64,000 bases of DNA, from assembly GCF_023055435.1 (NCBI RefSeq), contig NW_025963835.1, forward strand, positions 15,314,001-15,378,000, in the 5' to 3' direction. Position numbers and translations under genes: made by a program. Below, piece after piece: positions 13,832 through 27,300 of the stretch; within the stretch, counting starts at the first letter, position 1, and each line of letters begins with the position of its first letter. The stretch comes from Haliotis rufescens (Eukaryota). The notes below the pieces were generated by a model, which ran no database searches, was not told the DNA's origin, and was given only the letters and a program-made list of their open reading frames with translations.

Positions 13832-14415
13832 GTAAACAATGAATCCCCATTTGTCGCCGCGTCAGTCTGTCAGTAGTTAAAACAGGATGGTTATGAAACA
13901 TGAACAGTGATACTTATTATCTCAAATCATATGTTAATATATTTTGAGATATGCAACAGTTTGAAAAGATTGCAAGAGACAATGCCGGGGAGTCACTTTA
14001 GCTCCCGACACTGCATGTGTACAGAAGTGAATCCTATTGGTGATGTTGAGAAAGTATTTTGAGGCATGTTTTCTCAACACTTCAAATAATAAGGGTAGCA
14101 TCACTTTCAGATGTGTAAAGCGTCATTGTCACAATTTGATCTTCTATTTTTATGGATAGTTTTGATTGATTCATCGTGATCAAGGAGACACATTTAGAAG
14201 AAATCAATAGAATAGCACTTTGCTTCAAAGTCCAATGACCGATAGCCTACAGAACAGATTATGAAAATACTGAGGTGGATTAAGTTATGAATTCGACAAG
14301 TTCTTAAAAAATATTTTATACAATCAATGGTAAATTCATATTTGAGCTTTCATTCTCAGAATGACTTGCACATCTACATAGATCTATACCTTCTGTGTTG
14401 AAAGTGCTTTTTTAA

Positions 14416-15030
<615 letters not shown>

Positions 15031-15368
15031 AAGAACTGCAAGAAATACAAACACAATATGTCACTTTTCATATTTTGTTAAAAACTTATAAATATGATAA
15101 GCAAAAGACATCATATCTTAAGTTGTGAAATTTTTGTTTCAGGTTGACTAGAGGCTGGTTGACTTACATAATCATAATATTCATCATAACTTAACCAGAC
15201 ACTCTGTAGAACTTGTTTCTAAGAGCCTGGAGTGACTTCATGTGAGCACTGTTGTAGTGTTTATCAAACTTTGGATTGAGTAATGTATAGCAAGGTCTCC
15301 TGCCATTAGAAATGTATTTACCACGTTTACGGACAAGAGGATAGAAGTTGCAGTATAGTGTGTGTAAA

Positions 15369-18300
15369 ATGCTTGTTCGTGCCAGCCTTTTCAATATTCG
15401 GAGCAGACGTCTTGTCTGGTGCCATGGTGGCAGCCATGCCTGCTTCTCGTCCCAGGGTGGTCGACAGAAGCTGGTGGTGCTGGGCACCGGGTGGGGCAGT
15501 TACAGTGTGCTGAAGAACATCAACAAGAAACTGTATGACGTCATTGTTGTCAGTCCCAGAAACCACTTCCTGTTCACGCCTCTCCTGGCCAGCACTACTG
15601 TCGGCACTCTCGAGTTCAGGTCAGATATAACGCATTTCCCTCTATGAGAGATTCTCTGACAAAAGTTATTCTCACATTACCCTCCGTGAAAGATTTCCTG
15701 ACAAAATTCCTCATTCTAGGTTTAGACTTGCCTTGAAAGGAAATTGATTAAAGTCTGCTTTATGAACTTTATTGAACAAGGCTCTGCTTGTGCTTTTGTT
15801 GCCCATGAAGATCCAGGTTAGTATAGGTCTTCAGCAACCCATGCTAGCTGTAAAAGGCGACTATGCTTGTAGTAAGGGGCGACTAGGCTTAGCTGAGGCT
15901 CGGTGACTTGGTTGAGGCATGTCATCGTATCCCAGTTGCGTAAATCAATGATCATGATGTCAGTCACTGGGTTGTCTGGTTGATACTAAATTTTTTACCG
16001 ACCGCCGTCATATAGTTGGAATATTGCTGAGTGCAGCCTTAAACAACAAACAAATAAAATATTGTTGCAAGTTAACTTGTCAGTTTGAAAAAAGCTAAAA
16101 AGTAAAATTTGTTAATGTTAAGCATGCTTAGTCTTACGGAACAATAATTTGCCTTGCAGGATTGTGTCAATTAGATGTCAGTGTTTCCGGAGGCATTTTT
16201 ATCTGCCGGACATGTGGGCCAGTCATATTTTACCGGTCAATATCCGGTATATACTGGAGAACAGAAAAAACACTGGATGTGCCAGCATCTTATTTATACC
16301 TAAAACAATAATCCCATCTCCTGCTATAACATTCATACGAGACTACCTTCATTCCAAGTATTTCCTGCTGGTTTTAATATTTGCATAATTAAATTATATT
16401 AATATTATGTACCGTATTCGACGTAATAAGCATCCCACTCTAATAAGCGCCCACAGCGATATTTGCTCGTGAACAATCACAATAAGCACCCCTTCCAATT
16501 GATGAATGTACACAAGACTTGTTTATTCGTGTATAATACGCACTTGTGTGTTATATGCACCCTTAATTATGGGCAATTGAATTCTGGAAAATGTATCTGT
16601 TATGTATAATACACACAGACCTTTCTTTTATATCATTTCTTGCTGTCAGCATAAACCATAAAATTGACGATGTTTCAACTCTTTTTTTTTCACCAAATTC
16701 TTTTTCTAATAAGAGCCCCCTATTTCTAATTTTGAGAGCGCCCTGGGCGCTAATTACGTCGAATACAGTAATACCAATGAGTTTGGATATTCCACATGTA
16801 GGTCGATCATCGAACCAATTCGCAATACCGGATTCCGTCAGTCAGCTCACTTCCACCTTTCCCGGGCCGCTGACCTTGACCTTGAGAAGAAGGCCCTTTT
16901 CTGTGAGAGCGGGGTGAAGTCCAGTCTCAACTACTGGCTACAGTTTGACAAACTAGTGATTGGGGTGGGAGCTCTCAGCAACACCTTCAACGTTCCCGGA
17001 GTAGCGGAGCATGCTTTCTTCCTAAAGGTAAGGCCCAAGTGGTAGCAGTTTTCTCATTTTGTTCTGTGAGGGCTACAGTTAAGCTGCACATTTGCGTAAA
17101 ATACAAAAAAAAAACCGCTCCTGCCTCATTTATTTTGAGTTGCTTGCATACAAATATGCATGAAAAGATTCAGAAACCCAAGAGTTTGACAACAGTCTGC
17201 ATAATTACCCGATGTATTCTTTTCATTTTGTGTGCTGTATTTCCTTACAGATCTATATTTACAGACACCACACATCACACACAGATAGATGGAACCAGAG
17301 CTCTCAATAAGCAGCGTATTTGCATAAAATGCACATTAAATAAACTGAAACACGCAGACAAATCATATCCTAGCGTATCAAATATGCAAGAAAAACTATT
17401 TATGCGTCTTTTTCAACTGTTACATAAAATGATTATGTATATTACAACTGTTAGATAAAATGATTGTGTATCAGCCGATCGCGAAATTCACTTACCGACA
17501 GTTACATTCGGAAAAGCTCACCTGAAACAGCATTTTAAACAGATTTGGAGTAAAAGTACCAAATAGACAGAGCCTCAGGGAGTACATCTTCGTGAGGCAA
17601 GAGCGCCAACTGGTCTTTTTATCAAAGTCTTGTTTCCACCCTTGCCACATCAAGCTCACTTTCCTGTGCTAAATATGATTGGACTATTATACATATCGAA
17701 AATCAAATCAGAGAACATTTGACAAAATCAATATCCACGACTGCCACACCTCGTTTGAAAGTGATTTACTGCTGTCTGTCTTTGGTGACACGAATATCAT
17801 CTTTTAAACCCCCCAACGATTGTCTGTGTTTTTGTGTCATGGATGAAATCGCAAATGTTTTTGTTATACAAGGTTGTCGCCCATGGTAGTCGCCATTTTT
17901 GTGAAGCTATACGAGACGAGAACAACGGTCTTCATTACAAGGGGCACAACTCGTGATCTAGCGAGGTGGCGCCAGGGTCGAGCCAAGAAAAGTGGCCTTG
18001 ATGTGGCAAGGCTAGAAACTAGGCTTTGATATAGGCCAGTGGACACATTTGCTTCAGAAGATGAAGGGGGTAAAAAACATATTAAATACCCAAAGAAAAC
18101 TATCAGTAAACAATAGGAATCACAACACATTAGTAAACACACATTAGTAATGATCTGGAGCCTTGTGTTGACATTATTATTGATTACCCATCATGCCTTC
18201 ATTCAGGAAGTTGGTGATGCTAGAAGGATCCGTAATCGCATCTTGAACAACTTTGAGCTTGCTGTGCAGCCTGGGATTGATGAGAGTGAAGCACGACGAC

Positions 18301-21300
18301 TTCTTCACATCGTCATTGTTGGAGGGGGCCCAACTGGTGTGGAGTTCGGAGCCGAGTTGTACGACTTCGTGCAGCAGGTGAGATGCTGGAATATTCATCT
18401 GATAATAAGTGTCAAGGTCACGAAAAATTTATTAGTTGATAAATGTAAAAGGGATTTTAGTGAGATTGTATGTAACCTGGAAAATAATTAAGCACCCCTT
18501 GCTACATATTTCAATTTTAAATCGCAATTGTTTAAGATCATATCCTGACACACTCATATTTCCACTGAAACTTTTGCCGCCTTACTGATTTATGTAACAG
18601 TATGATATCTATTATAAATCACCTACATATTTTATTTTCGACAACCATATTGCATTCAGATCAGTTCATTTTTTCTCTGCATGAAAGTCTGACAAATCCT
18701 CCATCATGTTCATAGAAGGTCGCATCATTTGAACTTTGACCATGCAGAAATTACAGGGTGTGTAAAGTCTTCACAACAATATCCTAGTATACAAAAATAC
18801 CATAGTGTGGCCTTTATCATTTTCATTCGGAACTGCCTGTTTATGTTGGTTTTCGAGATACAGAAATCAGATGGGCTGCTCTGACTATGTCTGTGTGTCT
18901 TGTCCTCCAGGATGTGATGTATCTGTACAAGCAGCAGCAGCAGCTGGTCAAGGTGACACTGGTGGAGTCCAACCAGATCCTGGCATCATTCGATGAGAGG
19001 CTTCGCAACTTTGCCACCAAGAAGATCCAAAACAGAGACCGCTTTGATATGGTCCAGTCTTCTGTTACAGGTTAGACACCTCCAAATAATCTGATCAAGT
19101 TGATGGGTTTTAAGTCTTGTTCGTCCTTGCAAAGCCCATAATTTATTCTGTGATCCTGAAATTCATTATTTAGTTGAGATGTATTATTTAGCACCTGAGA
19201 TAGTTCTTTAAGTCAAATGATTATATGAGTTTGGTTTTATGTCACTTAAAGCAATATTCAAGCAATATCATGATGGGGGACACCAGAAATGGGCTTCACA
19301 CAATGTCTCTCATGTGGGGAATTGAACCTGTGTCTTGGGCGTGATGAGCGAACACTTTAACCACTAGGCTACTCCAGGCCCTACATTTTTTTAATGAGGG
19401 TATTGACACTGCTGGTATGTCTGACACTGCTGGTATGTCTGACAGTGCTGGTATGTCTGACAATGCTGGTATGTCTGACACTGCTGGTATGTCCCTGACA
19501 CTGCTGGTATGTCTGACTGCTGGTATGTCTGACACTGCTGGTATGTCCCTGACACTGCTGGTATGTCTGACAATGCTGGTATGTCCCTGACACTGCTGGT
19601 ATGTCTGACACTGCTGGTATATCTGACACTGCTGGTATGTCCCTGACACTGCTAGTATGTCCCTGACACTGCTGGTATGTCTGACACTGCTGGTATGTCC
19701 GACATTGCTGGTATGTCTGACACTGCTGGTATGTCCCTGACACTGCTAGTATGTCCCTGACACTGCTGGTATGTCTGACATTGCTGGTATGTCTGACACT
19801 GCTGGTATGTCTGACACTGCTGGTATGTCCCTGACACTGCTGGTATGTCTGATACTGCTGGTATCTCTGACATTGCTGGTATGTCCCTGACACTGCTGGT
19901 ATGTCTGACAATGCTGGTATGTCTGACAATGCTGGTATGTCTGACACTGCTGGTATGTCTGACACTGCTGGTATGTCTGACACTGCTGGTATGTCTGACA
20001 CTGCTGGTATGTCCCTGACACTGCTGGTATGTCTGACACTGCTGGTATGTCTGACACTGCTGGTATGTCCCTGACACTGCTGGTATGTCCCTGACACTGC
20101 AGGTATGTCTGACACTGCTGGTATGTCTGACATTGCTGGTATGTCCCTGACACTGCTGGTATGTCTGACACTGCTGGTATGTCTGACATTGCTGGTATGT
20201 CCCTGACACTGCTGGTATATCTGACACTGCTGGTATGTCCCTGACACTGCTGGTATGTCTGACATTGCTGGTATGTCCCTGACACTGCTGGTATATCTGA
20301 CACTGCTGGTATGTCCCTGACACTGCTGGTATGTCTGACATTGCTGGTATGTCCCTGACACTGCTGGTATGTCTGACACTGCTGGTATGTCTGACATTGC
20401 TGGTATGTCTGACACTGCTGGTATGTCCCTGACACTGCTGGTATGTCTGACACTGCTGGTATGTCCCTGACACTGCTGGTATGTCTGACACTGCTGGTAT
20501 GTCCCTGACACTGCTGGTATGTCTGACACTGCTGGTATGTCCCTGACACTGCTGCTGGTATGTCTGACACTGCTGGTATGTCCCTGACACTGCTGGTATG
20601 TCCCTGACACTGCTGGTATGTCTGACACTGCTGGTATGTCCCTGACACTGCTGGTATGTCTGACACTGCTGGTATGTCTGACACTGCTGGTATGTCCCTG
20701 ACACTGCTGGTATGTCTGACACTGCTGGTATGTCTGACACTGCAGGTATGTCCCTGACACTGCTGGAATGTCTGACACTGCTGGTATGTCCCTGACACTG
20801 CTGGTATGTCCCTGACACTGCTGGTATGTCTGACACTGCTGGTATGTCTGACAGAGGTGAAGGAGGACAGTGTGACCCTGGCTGATGGTCGTGTTATTCC
20901 GTGCGGACTGGTGGTGTGGAGCACAGGACTGGCACCGCGGCACTTCACACGCAGTCTCAAGGTGGAGAAGAACAGTCGTGGACAGGTTTGGTACTCTTCC
21001 TGTTCTCTCAGCGTCTGTCAATAACACATGTTCCTGTGGCGATTGATGCATGGGATGTAAATCTTGAATGTCCATCATATCATACATTTATGACAGTTTG
21101 GTGTTCCTCCCTTTACCTCAGCTTGCCAATAACCTGTGATGATTGATACATGGGAGGTAACTCTGGCATGCACATCCCCCAAATAATAGTAAGTTTATGA
21201 CAGGTGGTTGGTTTGGAAATGTAATGGATGAATTTTATATGACTGTCTGTGTTTCACATGGAAATGTAATGGATGAATTTTATGTGACTGTCTGTGTTTC

Positions 21301-24300
21301 ACATGGAAATGTAATGGTTGTGTATTGTGTGGCTGTCTGTGTTTCACATAGAAATGTAATGGTTGTGTATTGGGTGGCTGTCTTTGTTTCACATGGAAAT
21401 GTAATGGTTGTGTATTGGGTGGCTGTCTTTGTTTCACATGGAAATGTAATGGTTGAGTATTGTCTGGCTGTCTGCTTAACATAGAAATGTAATGGTTGTG
21501 TATTGGGTGGCTGTCTTTGTTTCACATGGAAATGTAATGGTTGTGTATTGTGTGGCTGTCTGTGTTTCACATGGAAATGTAATGGTTGAGTATTGTGTGG
21601 CTGTCTGTGTTTCACATAGAAATGTAATGGTTGTGTATTGGGTGGCTGTCTTTGTTTCACATGGAAATGTAATGGTTGTGTATTGTGTGGCTGTCTGTGT
21701 TTCACATAGAAATGTAATGGTTGTGTATTGGGTGGCTGTCTTTGTTTCACATGGAAATGTAATGGTTGTGTATTGGGTGGCTGTCTTTGTTTCACATGGA
21801 AATGTAATGGTTGAGTATTGTCTGGCTGTCTGCTTAACATAGAAATGTAATGGTTGTGTATTGGGTGGCTGTCTTTGTTTCACATGGAAATGTAATGGTT
21901 GTGTATTGTGTGGCTGTCTGTGTTTCACATGGAAATGTAATGGTTGAGTATTGTCTGGCTATCTGCTTAACATAGAAATGTAATGGTTGTGTATTTGGTT
22001 GCTGTCTTTGTTTCACTTGGAAATGTAATGGTTGTGTATTGGGTGGCTGTCTGCTTAACATAGAAATGTAATGGTTGTGTATTGGGTTGCTGTCTTTGTT
22101 TCACATGGAAATGTAATGGTTGAGTATTGGGTTGCTGTCTGTGTTTCACATGGAAATGTAATGGTTGAGTATTGGGTTGCTGTCTGTGTTTCACATGGAA
22201 ATGTAATTGTTGTGTATTGGGTGGCTGTCTGTGTTTTACATAGAAATGTAATGGTTGTGTATTGGGTGGCTGTCTATGTTTCACATAGAAATGTAATGGT
22301 TGTGTATTGGGTGGCTGTCTTTGTTTCACATGGAAATGTAATGGTTGAGTATTGGGTTGCTGTCTGCTTAACATAGAAATGTAATGGTTGTGTATTGTCT
22401 GACTGTCTGTGTTTTAGGTAGAAATGTAATGGTTGTGTATTGTCTGACTGTCTGTGTTTTAGGTAGAAATGTAATGGTTGTGTATTGTCTGACTGTCTGT
22501 GTTTTAGGTAGAAATGTAATGGTTGTGTATTGTGTGACTGTCTTCGTTTCACATGGAAATGTAATGGTTGAGTATTGTCTGGCTGTCTGCTTAACATAGA
22601 AATGTAATGGTTGGGTATTGGGTGGCTGTCTTCGTTTCACATGGAAATGTAATGGTTTAGTATTAAGTGGCTGTCTGTGCTTCACATGGAAATGTAATGG
22701 TTGTGTATTGGGTGGCTGTCTGTGTTTCACTTGGAAATGTAATGGTTGTGTATCGTGTGGCTGTCTTTGTTTCACATGGAAATGTAATGGTTGTGTATTG
22801 TGTGACTGTCTTCGTTTCACAAGGAAATGTAATGGTTGTGTATTGTGTGACTGTCTTCCTTTCACAAGGAAATGTAATGGTTGTGTATTGTGTGACTGTC
22901 TTCGTTTCACAAGGAAATGTAATGGTTGAGTTTTGTGTGACTGTCTGTGTTTCACATGGAAATGTAATGGTTGTGTATTGTGTGACTGTCTTCGTTTCAC
23001 ATGGAAATGTAATGGTTGAGTATTGTGTGACTCTCTTCGTTTCACATGGAAATGTAATGGTTGTGTATTGTGTGACTGTCTTCGTTTCACAAGGAAATGT
23101 AATGGTTGTGTATTGTGTGACTGTCTTCGTTTCACATGGAAATGTAATGGTTGTGTATTGTGTGACTGTCTTCGTTTCACATGGAAATGTAATGGTTGAG
23201 TATTGTGTGACTCTCTTCGTTTCACATGGAAATGTAATGGTTGTGTATTGTGTGACTGTCTTTGTTTCACATGGAAATGTAATGGTTGTGTATTGGGTGG
23301 CTGTCTGTGTTTCACATGGAAATGTAATGGTTGTGTATTGGGTGGCTGTCTTTGTTTCACATGGAAATGTAATGGTTGTGTATTGGGTGTCTGTCTGTGT
23401 TTCACATAGAAATGTAATGGTTGTGTATTGGGTGGCTGTCTATGTTTCACATGGAAATGTAATGGTTGTGTATTGTCTGGCTGTCTGTTTTACATAGAAA
23501 TGTAATGGTTGAGTATTGGGTGGCTGTCTTTGTTTCACATGGAAATGTAATGGTTGTGTATTGGGTGGCTGTCTGTGTTTCACATGGAAATGTAATGGTT
23601 GTGTATTGGGTGGCTGTCTTTGTTTCACATGGAAATGTAATGGTTGTGTATTGGGTGGCTGTCTTTGTTTCACATAGAAATGTAATGGTTGTGTATTGGG
23701 TGGCTGTCTATGTTTCACATGGAAATGTAATGGTTGTGTATTGGGTGGCTGTCTTTGTTTCACATGGAAATGTAATGGTTGTGTATTGGGTGGCTGTCTT
23801 TGTTTCACATGGAAATGTAATGGTTGTGTATTGGGTGGCTGTCTTTGTTTCACATGGAAATGTAATGGTTGTGTATTGGGTTGCTGTCTTTGTTTCACAT
23901 GGAAATGTAATGGTTGTGTATTGGGTGGCTGTCTGTGTTTCACATGGAAATGTAATGGTTGTGTATTGGGTGGCTGTCTATGTTTCACATGGAAATGTAA
24001 TGGTTGTGTATTGTGTGACTGTCTGTGTTTCACATGGAAATGTAATGGTTGTGTATTGGGTGGCTGTCTGTGTTTCACATGGAAATGTAATGGTTGTGTA
24101 TTGGGTGGCTGTCTGTGTTTCACATGGAAATGTAATGGTTGTGTATTGTGTGACTGTCTTTGTTTCACATGGAAATGTAATGGTTGTGTATTGGGTGGCT
24201 GTCTTTGTTTCACATGGAAATGTAATGGTTGTGTATTGGGTTGCTGTCTTTGTTTTACATAGAAATGTAATGGTTGGGTATTGGGTGGCTGTCTGTGTTT

Positions 24301-27300
24301 TACATAGAAATGTAATGGTTGTGTATTGGGTGGCTGTCTGTGTTTTACATAGAAATGTAATGGTTGTGTATTGGGTGGCTGTCTATGTTTCACATAGAAA
24401 TGTAATGGTTGTGTATTGGGTGGCTGTCTTTGTTTCACATGGAAATGTAATGGTTGAGTATTGGGTTGCTGTCTGCTTAACATAGAAATGTAATGGTTGT
24501 GTATTGTCTGACTGTCTGTGTTTTAGGTAGAAATGTAATGGTTGTGTATTGTCTGACTGTCTGTGTTTTAGGTAGAAATGTAATGGTTGTGTATTGTCTG
24601 ACTGTCTGTGTTTTAGGTAGAAATGTAATGGTTGTGTATTGTGTGACTGTCTTCGTTTCACATGGAAATGTAATGGTTGAGTATTGTCTGGCTGTCTGCT
24701 TAACATAGAAATGTAATGGTTGGGTATTGGGTGGCTGTCTTCGTTTCACATGGAAATGTAATGGTTTAGTATTAAGTGGCTGTCTGTGCTTCACATGGAA
24801 ATGTAATGGTTGTGTATCGTGTGGCTGTCTTTGTTTCACATGGAAATGTAATGGTTGTGTATTGGGTGGCTGTCTGTGTTTTACATGGAAATGTAATGGT
24901 TGTGTATTGTGTGACTGTCTTCGTTTCACAAGGAAATGTAATGGTTGTGTATTGTGTGACTGTCTTCCTTTCACAAGGAAATGTAATGGTTGTGTATTGT
25001 GTGACTGTCTTCGTTTCACAAGGAAATGTAATGGTTGAGTTTTGTGTGACTGTCTGTGTTTCACATGGAAATGTAATGGTTGTGTATTGTGTGACTGTCT
25101 TCGTTTCACAAGGAAATGTAATGGTTGTGTATTGTGTGACTGTCTTCGTTTCACATGGAAATGTAATGGTTGAGTATTGTGTGACTCTCTTCGTTTCACA
25201 TGGAAATGTAATGGTTGTGTATTGTGTGACTGTCTTCGTTTCACAAGGAAATGTAATGGTTGTGTATTGTGTGACTGTCTTCGTTTCACATGGAAATGTA
25301 ATGGTTGTGTATTGTGTGACTGTCTTCGTTTCACATGGAAATGTAATGGTTGAGTATTGTGTGACTCTCTTCGTTTCACATGGAAATGTAATGGTTGTGT
25401 ATTGTGTGACTGTCTTTGTTTCACATGGAAATGTAATGGTTGTGTATTGTGTGACTGTCTTTGTTTCACATGGGAATGTAATGGTTGTGTATTGTGTGAC
25501 TGTCTTTGTTTCACATGGAAATGTAATGGTTGTGTATTGTGTGACTGTCTGTGTTTCACAAGGAAATGTAATGGTTATGTATTGTCTGGCTGTCTTCGTT
25601 TCACAAGGAAATGTAATGGTTGTGTATTGGGTGGCTGTCTGTGTTTCACATGGAAATGTAATGGTTGTGTATTGGGTGGCTGTCTATGTTTCACAGGGAA
25701 ATGTAATGGTTGTGTATTGGGTGGCTGTCTTCGTTTCACATGGAAATGTAATGGTTGTGTATTGTGTGGCTGTCTTCGTTTCACAAGGAAATGTAATGGT
25801 TGTGTATTGTGTGGCTGTCTTCGTTTCACAAGGAAATGTAATGGTTGTGTATTGTGTGGCTGTCTTCGTTTCACATGGAAATGTAATGGTTGTGTATTGT
25901 GTGGCTGTCTTCGTTTCACATGGAAATGTAATGGTTGTGTATTGTGTGACTGTCTTCGTTTCACATAGAAATGTAATGGTTGTGTATTGTGTGGCTGTCT
26001 TCGTTTCACAAGGAAATGTAATGGTTGTGTATTGTGTGGCTGTCTTCGTTTCACATGGAAATGTAATGGTTGTGTATTGTGTGGCTGTCTTCGTTTCACA
26101 AGGAAATGTAATGGTTGTGTATTGTGTGGCTGTCTTCGTTTCACATGGAAATGTAATGGTTGTGTATTGTGTGGCTGAGTTTCACACAAGTGGTGACCAG
26201 ATGGATCAGGTGGTCATACTTGATGACTTTGTCTATAATGTGCACTGGTACTCCGACTGTGTGGACCGTTGCTCACAATATCAATCACTGGATTGTCTGG
26301 CCCTGACTCAATTTTGCTGAGATCAGTGTTTGTATCACAACAAATAAACTGTTTTATGAATACATTTCAGATTTTGACTGATCGCTACCTGAGAGTACTG
26401 AAGACCCCTGGTGGCGATGCCCTGGAGGACGTGTTTGCCCTGGGGGACTGTGCCGACATCAAGGACGTGTCTCTGCCATGCACAGCTCAGGTGAATTAGC
26501 AGCAACATGAGTAGGGTGCAAGTGGTGTATGTGAAACAGCCATCAAAACGTATACATCCATCTTACATCCTGAAACAATGGTAGGCCATGTTGCCTGAGG
26601 AGCTGTAAGACTAAAAAGAATAATAGTCTTGTTTCTCAGGCACCACCAGCATCATCATAAAGTCTGCCACACGTTTTTTTGTTTTTTGTCATTTTAAAAA
26701 AAATATAAAAATCCTAATGCTTAAACACAATGCACCCAAAAAAATTGAAATTGGAAACAAAAACGAAATGTGCAATGAACTTTTTGATGATGTGGGCAGT
26801 GCCTGAGAACCAAGACTTTTTTTTGTTTAGCCTAATCTGTTGTTGCATTCATGCATGCCAGAAACAACTCAGATATCTATCACTTCAGGCTTTCCTCCCA
26901 CGTCAAGCTGACGTCCTGATATTATTGAAATACTGTTCAAAGTGGGAATAATCCTTACTGGGAAAACCTGAAGTGACACGGAAGTGAGCAAACATACGCT
27001 GTGAGTGTCAGTCAGTTTCCCATCCTCTAAGTATACCTCTTGCACTCGGCTCAACCACATGTTTGTTTGTTTGTTTGTTTGTTTGTTAACCCCACACTCA
27101 GCTATATCATGGCAGTTTGTAAATAATCGAGTCTGGACCGGACACTCTAGTGATTAACGTCATGAGCATCAATCTAAGCAATTGGGATGTACGGGTTCAA
27201 ATCCCGGTTCAGCCTGACTATGTTTCTGGGATGGACAACACCATACCCGTGCTCGTGGGTTTCACCAAAGTGGTAAATGTCTGAGACCTGCATCACTTCA

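Noticed and set aside
21215-26188. CRISPR-like regular array
   Set aside because: No unique spacers, no cas genes, and a eukaryotic intron context.
19381-26320. Long ORFs such as (SDIPAV)n, (CQTYQQ)n, ([14 protein letters not shown])n and ([10 protein letters not shown])n suggesting Cys/His-rich repeat proteins
   Set aside because: They are translations of intronic minisatellites, open in several frames on both strands and broken by unit-length variants.
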